A stretch of DNA of 62,856 nucleotides, filler included. It is 7 parts of 7 records of this genome, joined end to end, with 100 filler letters (N's around TTAATTAATTAA, not from the genome) between each part and the next. Parts side by side here need not be neighbours in the genome. Positions count along the whole stretch, not along the records: positions 33,310 to 51,292 come from SRR9188676_829; positions 51,393 to 54,971 come from SRR9188676_831; positions 55,072 to 58,206 come from SRR9188676_832; positions 58,307 to 60,739 come from SRR9188676_838; positions 60,840 to 62,856 come from SRR9188676_842; 2 more parts are not named here. One strand, written 5' to 3'. This document shows, in pieces, positions 50,298 to 62,856 of the stretch. Position 1 is the stretch's first letter, and each line of letters opens with the position of its first letter. The notes beneath the pieces are model-generated. The model was not told where the DNA came from, made no database searches, and saw only the letters and a program-made list of their open reading frames with translations. Made by a program: the position numbers and the translations under genes.

Positions 50298-51290
50298 ATG
50301 TTTATCATTGAAAATTACTCCACGGCTGTATTCTTCTGTCTAATTACGATGCTCTGCTGGGGGTCTTGGGCAAATACTCAAAAACTCACGGCAAACAACT
50401 GGCGTTTCGAGCTTTTTTATTGGGATTATGTAGTAGGCATTCTACTGACTGCTTTTATTTTGGCAATTACACTTGGTAGTTATGGTGAAAAAGGAAGGGA
50501 TTTCTTTAGTGATTTCCAGCAGGCTTCTAATGAAAATATTGGTTCTGCGATCATTGGGGGCATTATTTTCAACGCAGCCAATATCTTGTTAACCGATGCA
50601 ATGGCAATTGCAGGGATGTCGGTAGCATTTCCAGTAGGTATTGGTTTAGCATTAGTCATTGGCGTAATTGTTAATTATTTAGACCATCCGCTAGGCAATG
50701 GAATACTTTTGACGATAGGTGTAGGGCTCATCACGCTGGCAATTTTACTGAATGCAAAGGTATATCGTACCTCTTCGGCAAGTAATAAAGTTTCAACGAA
50801 GGGATTGGCACTATCGGTAATAAGTGGTTTGTTGATGGGCTTGTTTTATAAATATGTGGCCAATGCCATGTTTCCAGATTTTGAAGTACCAGAAGTTGGT
50901 AAATTGAGTCCCTATACGGCTATTTTCTTTTTTTCCATCGGCATATTATTAAGCAACTTTATATTCAACACTATATTAATTTATCGTCCGTTTGTAGGCG
51001 ATTCGCTCAATTATAAGGCATATTGGCAAGGAAGTTTCAAAAATCATAGTATGGGAATTTTGGGTGGAACGATTTGGTGTTTGGGTATGGCATTCAATAT
51101 TATTGCTAGTGGAAAAGCTGGGCCTGCTATTTCATATGGACTTGGCCAAGGAGCAACTATTGTAGCGGCTATTTGGGGAATTTATGTTTGGAAGGAATTC
51201 AAAAATGCTAGTAAAAGCACGAATGTTCTATTGAATATAATGTTACTTTTCTACCTTTTAGGATTAGGAATGATTATTTTGGCTAGGTGA
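50298..51290 (+). CDS. DMT/GRP-family sugar (ribose-type) permease
   Basis: LCWGSWANTQK, ELFYWDY, GMSVAFPVG and SYGLGQGAT...WGIYVWKEF; about 10 TMs. Confidence 0.8.
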   Translation: MFIIENYSTAVFFCLITMLCWGSWANTQKLTANNWRFELFYWDYVVGILLTAFILAITLGSYGEKGRDFFSDFQQASNENIGSAIIGGIIFNAANILLTDAMAIAGMSVAFPVGIGLALVIGVIVNYLDHPLGNGILLTIGVGLITLAILLNAKVYRTSSASNKVSTKGLALSVISGLLMGLFYKYVANAMFPDFEVPEVGKLSPYTAIFFFSIGILLSNFIFNTILIYRPFVGDSLNYKAYWQGSFKNHSMGILGGTIWCLGMAFNIIASGKAGPAISYGLGQGATIVAAIWGIYVWKEFKNASKSTNVLLNIMLLFYLLGLGMIILAR

Positions 51291-51292
51291 AA

Positions 51293-51392
51293 NNNNNNNN
51301 NNNNNNNNNNNNNNNNNNNNNNNNNNNNNNNNNNNNTTAATTAATTAANNNNNNNNNNNNNNNNNNNNNNNNNNNNNNNNNNNNNNNNNNNN
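51293..51392. other. Artificial contig linker
   Basis: N44-TTAATTAATTAA-N44. Confidence 0.98.
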
Positions 51393-54289
51393 ATGTGCAA
51401 CTGGGAATCGCTATCTAAACGATGTATACATCTTGAATACAGGTCAGTTTCGTCTCTCGTTTCTCTTCTGCATCCCATCTTGCGGTGATTTTTGTGCGTT
51501 TGAACCAAATCCTCAACACTCTGCGATTCTCTTCCACAGTGCAACTGACATGGCATCGTGTCCTGACCCAAGGCACGCCCCCTGGTGTCCGAGCAGGCTG
51601 TACAAGTGAGCTCTATAGTAACCATATGTTCATTCTTGGAGGCCATAAGGGCGACAAGGCCAACGATATATATGATGACATATGGGCACTCAATATGGGT
51701 ATGTGCTTTTGATTTATTCATCGACGTTACGCTTCTTTTTTCTTGTTCTCGATTGAGTGATGGTTTCGATGCTCGATGTATATATACCCAAACAGACGCA
51801 CAGAGATCATAATGGTCGATACATACATTTACTCCATCTCACAAAGTCACCTTCTGCTCATTCCACGCTATTGTACTGTGTGTTGTGTCTAACATTTATT
51901 CTCCACAATTTGCGTTTTTGTGTTCCTTTCAGTGAACTTTGAGTGGATCAAAATCCGGACGTATATCCCTGCAGCGATCACGTGCCACGCGTCTGTACTC
52001 ATCGACACCAAGATCTTCATTTTTGGCGGAAAAACCAGGCGGCAGAAGAAGCTCGAGCCCGAAGCTTGCCTCTTCGTGCTAGATATTAATTTCTCGGTGT
52101 GGCTGTGCTTGCCTTCTCCCAAAACTGTGTCCGGCGTCTATGGTCACACTCTCACCGCTTTAGGAACAAATTTGTTCATTGTGGGAGGGATGCAAGCTGA
52201 GGTATGTGGACACACCATAACAAATGACAGGCGACTAACTTACTCTCTGGAAGGGGAGAATGACGCACAGTCAACAGGGACATAAACATGGGGAAATTTT
52301 CGGATCTTCCATTGACTTCCTCCCGAGATTCACAATTTTTTCAACTTTCTGTGCCTCCTCCTACCGTACGCACTCTATATCACTTCATTTCTTACGGATA
52401 ACTCACTGATGACCATTTGAGGCTGGGCCTTTAGATCACAACTCGTTCGATTCTTGACTTTACCTCTTCTCAGAATTCATCTATTATTTTCATTCGAACA
52501 CACGCCGACTTCTGATCCTCCGCTCCTATTTTATCAGAATTACAATGGACTTTCGTTTCTCAGCCTCCTGTGCTTCGGATAAAGTGATGATTTCTATACC
52601 TCCGTCGTGTAGGGGACATGTTCACCGTCAATGTTTTTGGTCGATGTGTGTGCGATCTTCCGGCGAGACTCCATTCCCTTTGTGACTCCTCTGTCGGCAT
52701 CCTCTGTGGTCACACTATCCTACAGCGGTACGTGGAAATGCCGAGGAATCATTTCATTCGCAAGTCAACCCCACACCCACCCCACCCACCCCACCCCCAA
52801 CACACAATCCACCCCGCCTGCGGACAGTGAGTCGGGAGGCCCCCTTCCTCCCCGCCGCGTGTCATGTCGAGAGAAAGAGAGAAAGAAAGTAGGAGAGAAA
52901 CGAGAGAGGAAGAGAGAAAGGAAGTCGATGGTTATACCGCGAGCATCCGAGCGCATTTCCTCTCCTCGGGCCCATTGGATCACTTGATCGATGATGCCAT
53001 GGAATCAGGTCGAAGGGTCTTGTCCCAGTCGCAAGGCAGTTGTGCCGTACATTTCGCGAGAAATATGTTCATCGTAGTCTGTCTCGGACGGCTTGGGGTG
53101 GATTGAAGGGCTGTCATGAATAGTTCCAATGTGCATGGATTTTTTCTCATTCTCATTTGTTCTGTACTTTGTGAGTTCCAGGTGACTTTAGCAATGCACC
53201 AGTTCCGCCTGCATGGAAACAGATGATGGGCCAATCGGCTGCCCAAGAGGTTTGTATCTCGTTTTTTTCTCGCGAACCTCATTATCCAACACACATACTC
53301 ACTTCCACCAATCCATCCACAACACCCACAAATGCACATCGATCCGCAGAGTCATATGCTCCACCCTGACACACCATACCACCTACTACTCAGTACCATA
53401 GTCAAAATCCATGAAGATGTTTTGAATAAAAATAAGCACAGTCATCGATCCACGCACACATCAATTCTAACACTTTCACTCTCGTAAAAACACCTTTCTA
53501 CTCCACGCTCCGGTACTGTGTGTCATGTATGATGTTTCTGCTATTGGAATTTGCTTGATCTCTGTCGTCATTGTTTTTGTTTGTTTAATTCGCTTATTTT
53601 CTTTTTCATTTGTATCCCATCACCACGTTCAGGCTCATGTGATCAACGAAGCAGACACGAATCTGATAGCCGCAGCGAACGCATCGTCTGGCCAATTCGC
53701 GCACTTGCCTATCTATCGCCCGGCATCCTCACCCTCCCCATCAGCGTCTTCCATTTCTACCGCCACCCTCTCGAACCAGACTCACCATACCCATCATCAA
53801 CCCCATTCACAGTCAGCACAGCTAACCACCACACCCACAAGCACCCATGCCCATACTCATCCCCCCACACATGCCCATGGTACTAATAATATCACCTCGA
53901 CCCCCGCTAGTCTCTCTGCATCCACTAACATCAATATGGGCATGTCAGCCGCGGGTCACCCAGCGGTTCCCTCATCACTCACATCTGCAATGAACGCAGG
54001 ACCATTACCCTACATCCCCTCCCATACCACCCCAACACCCATTTCTGCCGCGAACCAACCCAGTACTAATATCACAGTATCTAACGGGAATGGAAACACG
54101 AGCGGCGCTAATGCGAACCATGTAGGGTCAGCTACTATCAATGGCTCTGGCTCTGCTGTCGAGAACAATTTGGCGACTGTGACAGGAAGTATCCAATCAT
54201 TGACATTTATGAAAGATCGGCCTTCAAGCTCTGGAAGCTCAAGTGCGTCCTCTGCCAGAGTCGGCCAGTCAAATTTAAAAATGATCTAG
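51393..54289 (+). CDS. Eukaryotic Kelch-repeat protein, 3' part, spliced
   Basis: Exons to 51442, 51540-51698 and 51933-52201 give Kelch blades (YLNDVYILN, MFILGG, IFIFGG, GHTLT...LFIVGG). Probable last exon 53633-54289 is S/T/H/N low-complexity; middle exons are unresolved. Confidence 0.7.
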
Positions 54290-54971
54290 TCTCTGACGAT
54301 TTTCTCATTGTGTCTCTCTCCCGTTTCGCTCGATTTATTGATTCTTATTATATGATTCCTCCTCTGATAATCTCCACGGCGACCGCTCTCCTACCCTTGC
54401 GCTCTCTATTAATATATTAAGATACAATTTTTTTTGGTCTGTTATGAACTTATTTATTGGTACGATTTTAGTGTATTTACGCAGGCTATTGTTTTCCCCC
54501 ATGAAATCGCTATTAATCTGAATATTATCCCTTTTCTCTGTATTTCTCTTGTTGAACTTTACTCGAATTTTTGATCATTTTTTTGTTCTGTTGAAGATTG
54601 ATTGAGATCATTGAGATCATTCTCTACTTCTCTTCAGAGATATATATTCACCCACTGATTTGTTCAATTTTCTGCATCCATATATGATTTTTATTTTGCT
54701 TTCACCTCGCGTATCTCTCTCCTGTCATCCTCAGACCCCCTTTCAAGTTTTTGTCATTTCTGAGCTTAATTATTCCAAATTTCGTTGTTGCTAGGCTTAT
54801 ATTTAGTTGGTTTTGGTTTTGGTTTTGGTCTTTTAATTCCGATTTATCTCTCAATGTCCTGCATATATCTGTACATCTCGCTTGCAAATATTTACGGACG
54901 TCGTGTGGCCAATGAGAATCAGACGTGAAGAGTTCGCTAAGAAGGATCGACAAACTTTTTTCTCGAAGCTC

Positions 54972-55071
54972 NNNNNNNNNNNNNNNNNNNNNNNNNNNNN
55001 NNNNNNNNNNNNNNNTTAATTAATTAANNNNNNNNNNNNNNNNNNNNNNNNNNNNNNNNNNNNNNNNNNNN
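54972..55071. other. Artificial contig linker
   Basis: N44-TTAATTAATTAA-N44. Confidence 0.98.
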
Positions 55072-55115
55072 GCCATATCCAAAAGTATAGCATTGATCAC
55101 GAAGGTGTCAAACCT

Positions 55116-57959
55116 ATGCTAGTATATCGTATACTCGATGAGCAGGCCAAACTTGGTCCTTTGTACCGTCCTGTTTTCCCTGAGGATGAGGAACGCCTTG
55201 CATGTCTCATGAATGATGCTGACTATCACCACTTACGAAAGGCATTTGATGGATCATTAGTCAACGAGCAGTGTGATGATAACGATGATGATGATGAGTA
55301 TTCAGGGGGATTAAGTGACCTAAGCGCCAATGATGACGATCTGGCTCCACTTCTTGAGAACCTCTTTGCTTTTGATTTTGGTGATGATGATTCTGTCGAT
55401 TCCGAACTCGACTCTTCTGATACGCATATTTCCGATCCACAACTCCACTCCACAGCACCATCACCACCTATTCTCCCCCCCACCCAACCTGAAAATGCTC
55501 ATGCTCCTAGCAGATCAGACCTTCTGAAAGAGCTGTACACCAAGATTTCAGACAACATCCTCTGGCTCAAATATCGAAAGAATGTCCCTGAGGAGACCTG
55601 TACAGCGTCTGTGAACACTGCACTGGATAGTCTGCATACCGCCATCGAACTTTCGGTGCAGACCTTTGAACAACAAATGACATCCAGTCTGCTCCAGCTC
55701 TGCCCTCATGAAATGAGTCCAGCTGATGTGACTGTCTCTGTAAAGGACGTACTCGAGCTGATTCAGTGTCGGACAAAATCAACGCGGTTCTCTGTTCTTG
55801 ACCCAGTTATTGACACTGTCGGTAGAACAGCATATCTTCAAGAAGAATTCCTGAAATCACATGTGAACATCGCAGAGCCAGAGAAGTATAGTCTTGGCAT
55901 CAACAGCAGCGGGAAAGAACGATTCGCATATCGAGTCCCTCTCAAAACTCAGCTAGAGATCCTACTCGCAAATCCCAAGTTCACAGAACTTCTTGAGATG
56001 TCATTCACTCGCATAGCCGATCAGATCAGATCTTATCGGCACGAACACACCAATGGGACTGGAAGATCTCACATCATGCGTGACGTCACAGATGGACATC
56101 TATTTGGTACAAATACATTTGCTGATACATCTCGCGTATTTATTATGGGATATTCTGATGATATTGACTTGACCCACGATTTACGCAAAAGCGTAAATGT
56201 CACAGTTATGTACTATAGTCTTGTAAACCTCACCAGCGATATCCGAAACCGATCTCCCCTGATTATGCTCGGGGGCATAGCAATGAAGGACGACATCAAG
56301 GAGTTCGGACTTGAAAAATTCTTGGAACCAATACTACAAGACCTGCGTCAATTATCCGAGACTGGGTTTTCCATCAGCTCCCCAAATGAAATGATTCCTC
56401 GCCCATTGAAAGGACATTTGGTCACAGGCCGTATGATCATCGAGATTTCTCATCGTCACTCCACTTTGTGTGAATACTTTTGCCATATTCTTGCTCGTGA
56501 TCGTGCAATGGCGACGTAGAAGAGCTTCTTTCATACATGGGAGAGGAAAGAGCTAAGTTCTCGTCTGAGCATGGCATTAATTGTGAAGCCCCTCTTAAAG
56601 AAATTCCCTCTTTTGACTACATTAATTGCACCCCAATAGACATAGCTCACATTCTCCTCGAGGGTGTGTGTGGTTACACGCTCTCGAGCTTCTTGAGTGT
56701 TCATGGCATTCCAGCGATGGGTAGTAAGGCTGAGGTCATTCGCGTTCTCAACCAAGGTATGTAAAAATGCACAGTGTTGTGTCTCTTTTTATTCGTTTAT
56801 TATTTTTAAAAGAAATATGTATTATATCGTTGTTCAGAGAGGGTGGTTTAGAGATCACATCTCTGCGTGTGTGTCGCCGTGCTTGTTCTTTTTGTTGTCG
56901 AGTGTATTACCTTTTATCGTTGTAAAAATACATACACCGCGTTCTAACTCTCGCTTCCTCTCTTTTTGTTCTTCTCTCCCTTAGCTATACTGAGAGAAAA
57001 GCTCGGTTACACTGCAGAACCGTTATCAACTATCGGTGCAACGCAGAAGACCAAGCTGACGGGGAAACCCTCAAAGACAAACAAAGTCCCAAAGAACGAC
57101 AGCACGACCGTGAAAATAAAGCAGAAAGGTATAGACAATGTCAAACAGGGATATATATTTGCATGTGTTTTTTCCTCTCTCTGTCCGTCTCTCTCTCTCT
57201 TCCCTAAAATGGGTTAGACACACATGATTTCAATCAAGCTATCACACACAAACGATGTGGGACATCCTATATAGATATATCGTTCATCATACAAACTTAT
57301 TTAATTTATCGATCATCACACACACACACACACACAAATATCAATACTGCACACGTCCTTAAAGGCACATTTATGGTTTTTTAATCTCTCTTTTCCCCCC
57401 GTCTGTGTGTAAACGTGTGTCAATATACCATACACACACGAAAACAAATATATCCAGCCTGCCAAATGTGGTGGCTCTGCCGCGCGCTTCCTGTCCTTCT
57501 GGCGAACAAGGTTCCGGTGAACACGCGTGCATGGGAACATGTTCTACTCCTAAATGACATCCTTCAGCTTTGTACTCTATTTGAGGTGACTGAAGAGATC
57601 GCGGAATGGTTAGACCGAAAAGTAGAAAAATTCCTCAAACTGACGGTGGAACTTTACGGAGCCTCCGCAATTAAGCCTAAGCATCATTACCTAATTCACC
57701 TTGGGCATTTTATGAGGCTGTAAGTACAAAACCTTCCCCCATAATACCTTTCCCCGAATTATTTATATAACTAAAATCTGTTTTTTATATAGCTTCGGTC
57801 CCCTTAGGCATCTCTGGACTCTCCGCTTCGAAAGCAAGCATCGAGCTGCCAAGCAGATGCATGGGGTGAATAACTTCAAAAACCCACCCTACACGGTATC
57901 GTGGAGGTTGCAGTTCGCTCAAGCATCCCATATTGGTCGCAAGGAAACAATATTTAAAG
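55116..57959 (+). mobile_element. Intron-containing EnSpm/CACTA (CMC)-like transposase, probably internally deleted
   Basis: VPLKTQL, DVTDG, YSDD, YYSLVNL..R, LRQL..GF, DIAHILLEGV, KQKACQMW, KPKHHYLIH...FGPLRHLWTLRFESKH. Exons about 55116-56430, 56520-56756, 56985-57128, 57458-57719 and 57793-57959. Confidence 0.7.
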
Positions 57960-58206
57960 GTGTGTGTAACTCTCGCCGCGCGTGGACACGCGGATATAAT
58001 TAGTACTTCTTTTTGTATGTTCATTTTTCCACAAAGGGTATTTAATGTCAAAGTTACTCCAGCATATTCACTCTCTCTGGTAGTGTGTATTTGTTTGTTA
58101 TTTGTGTGATTTTTGGACCCTCTCCGACGACCATTCTCGACACTCTCCTTAATTTTGTGTTAGGATAATTTAACGTTAAATTATGCAATGATTTTGGTAA
58201 CTATGA

Positions 58207-58306
58207 NNNNNNNNNNNNNNNNNNNNNNNNNNNNNNNNNNNNNNNNNNNNTTAATTAATTAANNNNNNNNNNNNNNNNNNNNNNNNNNNNNNNNNNNNNN
58301 NNNNNN
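58207..58306. other. Artificial contig linker
   Basis: N44-TTAATTAATTAA-N44. Confidence 0.98.
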
Positions 58307-58953
58307 AATATGATGTGTGAGTGGAGATGTGAATGTCGTTCTCTTATTTATGGTATATGGTGCCGAATAGCTGTACATGCAATCTGTCCTGACTGCTCTA
58401 ATGGGTGCTCGCATGTGTATCATTCACAACAATGGCGGTTGGTTTATGAAAATCTCATTCAGCACATCATAGCAACTGACTTGCTGAGGATGCCACGCCA
58501 GCGGAGCTTTTTCTGGAGTGACGAGGATCAGTCGAGATCCTGAAACTAAAAGGGCGCAGACATTCGAGAGCGAAATTCATGTATAAGGTACCAAGGGCGT
58601 CGTAAAGATGTAGAAGAAGTGTAATCAAGTGTTATCACGATAATGTGAGAAAAAATCAAATAGTGACAATAGAGGAGCTGTTTCTAAACTCAGGTTTGTG
58701 ACGAGTACTACTCTCGAAAATCAGGAGCCTTTCCTTCCTCTCATGGAACCTTCTTCATTTCCTTCCTTTCCTTCCTATCATAGAACTATAACATCTCATC
58801 TACCTCTTAAGCTGCTTGCCTCGATGTGACCAAATAAATTGACAAAGACATGAACAACGGAAGGCGGATGATCGGTATCTTATGGAACGAAAGCAAGTAT
58901 GTTCTATGTCTGAGATATATAGTAAGAAAATGGTTGGTTTGTAATGTTCGTAC

Positions 58954-59307
58954 CATGCTTCGGACAGGAGCGAACGGTAACCGCAATCCTTTCATATTTT
59001 TGGACATGCGGCCCAACACTGGATTGCTGTCCTTGACCGTCTCCCATTTCACAAATCCTTTGAGTCGGAAGCAGTCCTCAACAATTTCAGTAAATTCATG
59101 AAAGGAGTTCACATCCTCGAGATCCCTCAAATAGATATGAGACGAAATAGGGGCATCGATTGGATGTTGGATGGGAGGTGGATTCTGGTCATCTCGCCCC
59201 AGCAAAGTGGTTTGGACTTGATCTACACTATCTGTGTCGTCATCTTGCCATGGTGTTGTGGCATCCACCACATCCTCAGGACTGAGGAAGGAGATTCTTT
59301 TGATCAT
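58954..59307 (-). CDS. First exon of an unidentified eukaryotic gene, divergent from CFAP119
   Basis: ATG-initiated, protein-like composition, ending at a plausible GTACG donor. Downstream exons not resolved. Confidence 0.45.
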
Positions 59308-59505
59308 CCAATTTCTCGAGCGAAAAAAAATCGAATTTCATTTCATAAACAAACACTGTATAAGAAACGAAGGGGGTAAATAATAAATGTATTATTCTAG
59401 AGATGTCAATCTATACCCCCCTAACCTTAGATCTCTGGTACTTTGCTGGTCTCAAGAGGGTCCTTATAAAACTTTTCCTGATTTTAACGGAAATTGACAC
59501 TCGCA

Positions 59506-60704
59506 ATGGCTTCTGCCTTAACATGGTGCGATCTGGCTCGCGAGCATATCCAAAAACTCGATGAAAGTCTTGAAAGCCCCGAAGGGCTCTCGTATGGCTC
59601 ATATTTGCTGGAATCTCCTGAAGAAACTAACTTGATCCCATCAGAATGCTTGCAAGATGTATGGGCCTTGAAGATTACGAAGATGATATTGAAAGCGCCG
59701 CACTTCTTGACTTCTATTATTACAATTTATGATATCCTTGCATATCTGTTTTCCCCTTCATCTCATACTTGCTCTATTGGCCCCCTCGATTCATCATCTA
59801 TAACAACAATCATTTTCACAGTTTGGATTCCTTAACTGTATTTCTTTCTTGCTTCACTTTTGCTCGAGAGCAGGGTTTCAATGCTGAAAAGACTTCAGCG
59901 ATGTTTTCCATTTTGAAACTTGCACATTTTACTGCCATCGGTGAGTCTGATATTATTCAGTAATTCATGATCCATTTCTGATTCATTCTTTGTTATTCCT
60001 ACTTCTCTTACAGAGCAACTACAAACCCCTGAAGAGAGTTTTCAATTCTTTCAAAATTTGCTTCTACAACACTCTGTCGAAAGACCTCCCTATTCAGTGG
60101 GGCTCTTTTCCCTTTCTGATGTCCAAAAAATCCGAGATTATGCATTGAATAGGTCAGTACTCTCATTTAAATACATATTTTTCATCCAGATTGATTGTAG
60201 CCGAGACTCGTTTGCTACCCACGTCTTCCCTAATTGCGCATGAGTTGATGGTCCACACGTTCAATGTGACTCTCTCAGATAAGCTAGAAATAATATATTA
60301 CGCTCTGGTCACAATATATCTTAATCAATGAAGCTCTTTGATCCTCTCGGGAGAAACAAAAAACTCGCTACATCTTTTCCTTTCATTTCACATCATTCAG
60401 CGAATTTCAGTTCCAGGTATGCCTCGCTAATGGCTACTGCCTTAATGGCAATTTCCTCTTTAATTGTAAATATGATGTGTGAAAGAGTGTTGGAATGAAA
60501 ATTCTGGAAAATGTGAATATTCCCAGTCTCTGAATGTTTTTTTCTTTTTCTCTCATGTTCAGCTATTTCCGGCACTTCAAACTGTACAAATACGTATACA
60601 CAAAGGAGCAGCGATTGGATTTCACTGTTTCCGACCCTCAAGTCGAAATCCCAAGACAATGGCTACCCTTATCTGGCGCCGAACAGGACTTCACAGCCGA
60701 AGAG
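59506..60704 (+). CDS. CFAP119: Flagellar central-pair protein CFAP119 / C1a-32 (CLAMP domain), 5' part, spliced
   Basis: Exons 59506-59591, 59645-59731, 59858-59940, 60014-60152 and 60563-60704 give LLDFYYYNLCFAREQGFNAEKTSAMFSI...LLQHSVERPPYSVGLFS...SYFRHFKLYKYVY. Confidence 0.85.
59732..59857 (+). other. U12-type (minor spliceosome) AT-AC intron
   Basis: 5' splice site ATATCCTT, branch site TTCCTTAAC at 59828-59836 and 3' end CAC. Removal restores the frame (TG|T TTT GCT). Confidence 0.88.
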
Positions 60705-60739
60705 GTATGCTGGTTTACCACGCACAGATACATAAGTAA

Positions 60740-60839
60740 NNNNNNNNNNNNNNNNNNNNNNNNNNNNNNNNNNNNNNNNNNNNTTAATTAATTAANNNNN
60801 NNNNNNNNNNNNNNNNNNNNNNNNNNNNNNNNNNNNNNN
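60740..60839. other. Artificial contig linker
   Basis: N44-TTAATTAATTAA-N44. Confidence 0.98.
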
Positions 60840-60937
60840 TTCTTTTCAATCTTTTCTATGACTTTTCTGGAAACTTTCCACCTTGATTATTCGAAAATCT
60901 TCAATGCCTGTCTCATCATAGTTTCCCGCCTCCTCAG

Positions 60938-62456
<1,519 letters not shown>

Positions 62457-62856
62457 GTAATTACGGTCACACTTTCATCTATATTTTTCCCATCAATGTC
62501 ACGTCATAGGGGAGTGCTCCTGGAAACTGGGGTTGAATTCCAAGAAAACTGCTCTGCTGTTGGTAGATCCTTTCCATCGAACTTTTCATGGGCTGGATCA
62601 TAATTGGTTTCTAATTTATCAGGACGCATCGTTGGGATCATAGATCGCTCCTCCGAAGGAGCAGGAATTTCGGGGTAAAATCAGTCGCTGAAGCGTTGGC
62701 GTTGATCAGGAGGATATGTTTTTCCGTTGAAGATTGTGATGATTTGTTGGATTGAAAGTTGCCTCGATGTAATGGTGAACTTGATCCTCACTTCAACTTA
62801 GTGATTAGTAAGACTCGTCGCAATGTCAACTTTTTTCGGTAGTACATTTCGGTGAG

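Noticed and set aside
57316-57336. (CA)n tract
   Set aside because: Ordinary intronic microsatellite.

Overview
This window is not one locus. It is seven unrelated contigs joined by six identical 100-nt assembly spacers (N44-TTAATTAATTAA-N44). Two contigs are AT-rich Bacteroidota DNA (probably Cytophagales-like). Contig 1 (1-28164) carries a conjugative element: candidate oriT, mobA-mobB-mobC and a rearranged traEFGKMNO...traJ operon. It also has an intact but apparently catalytically dead IS200-type TnpA, a degenerate zeta toxin, hipBA and a 1721-aa DarB-like methylase-helicase, followed by metal-related genes. Contig 3 (33310-51292) starts with a decayed copy of the same mobA/mobB junction, then holds carbohydrate-utilisation genes (CE7, clan GH-A hydrolase, Gfo/Idh/MocA plus IolE-like proteins, GH36, PhyH dioxygenase, a ribose-scavenging-like cluster). 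The other five contigs are intron-rich DNA of a eukaryote, probably flagellated: GMP synthase, a secreted Cys-rich protein, a Kelch protein, an EnSpm/CACTA-like transposase, CFAP119/C1a-32 and a PKA catalytic subunit. The main leads are the pseudo-enzyme pair (dead TnpA, degenerate zeta) facing the tra promoter, signs that the T4SS exports proteins, a candidate entry-exclusion lipoprotein, and a clear U12-type AT-AC intron in CFAP119. All family calls come from motif recognition by eye; no database search was run.
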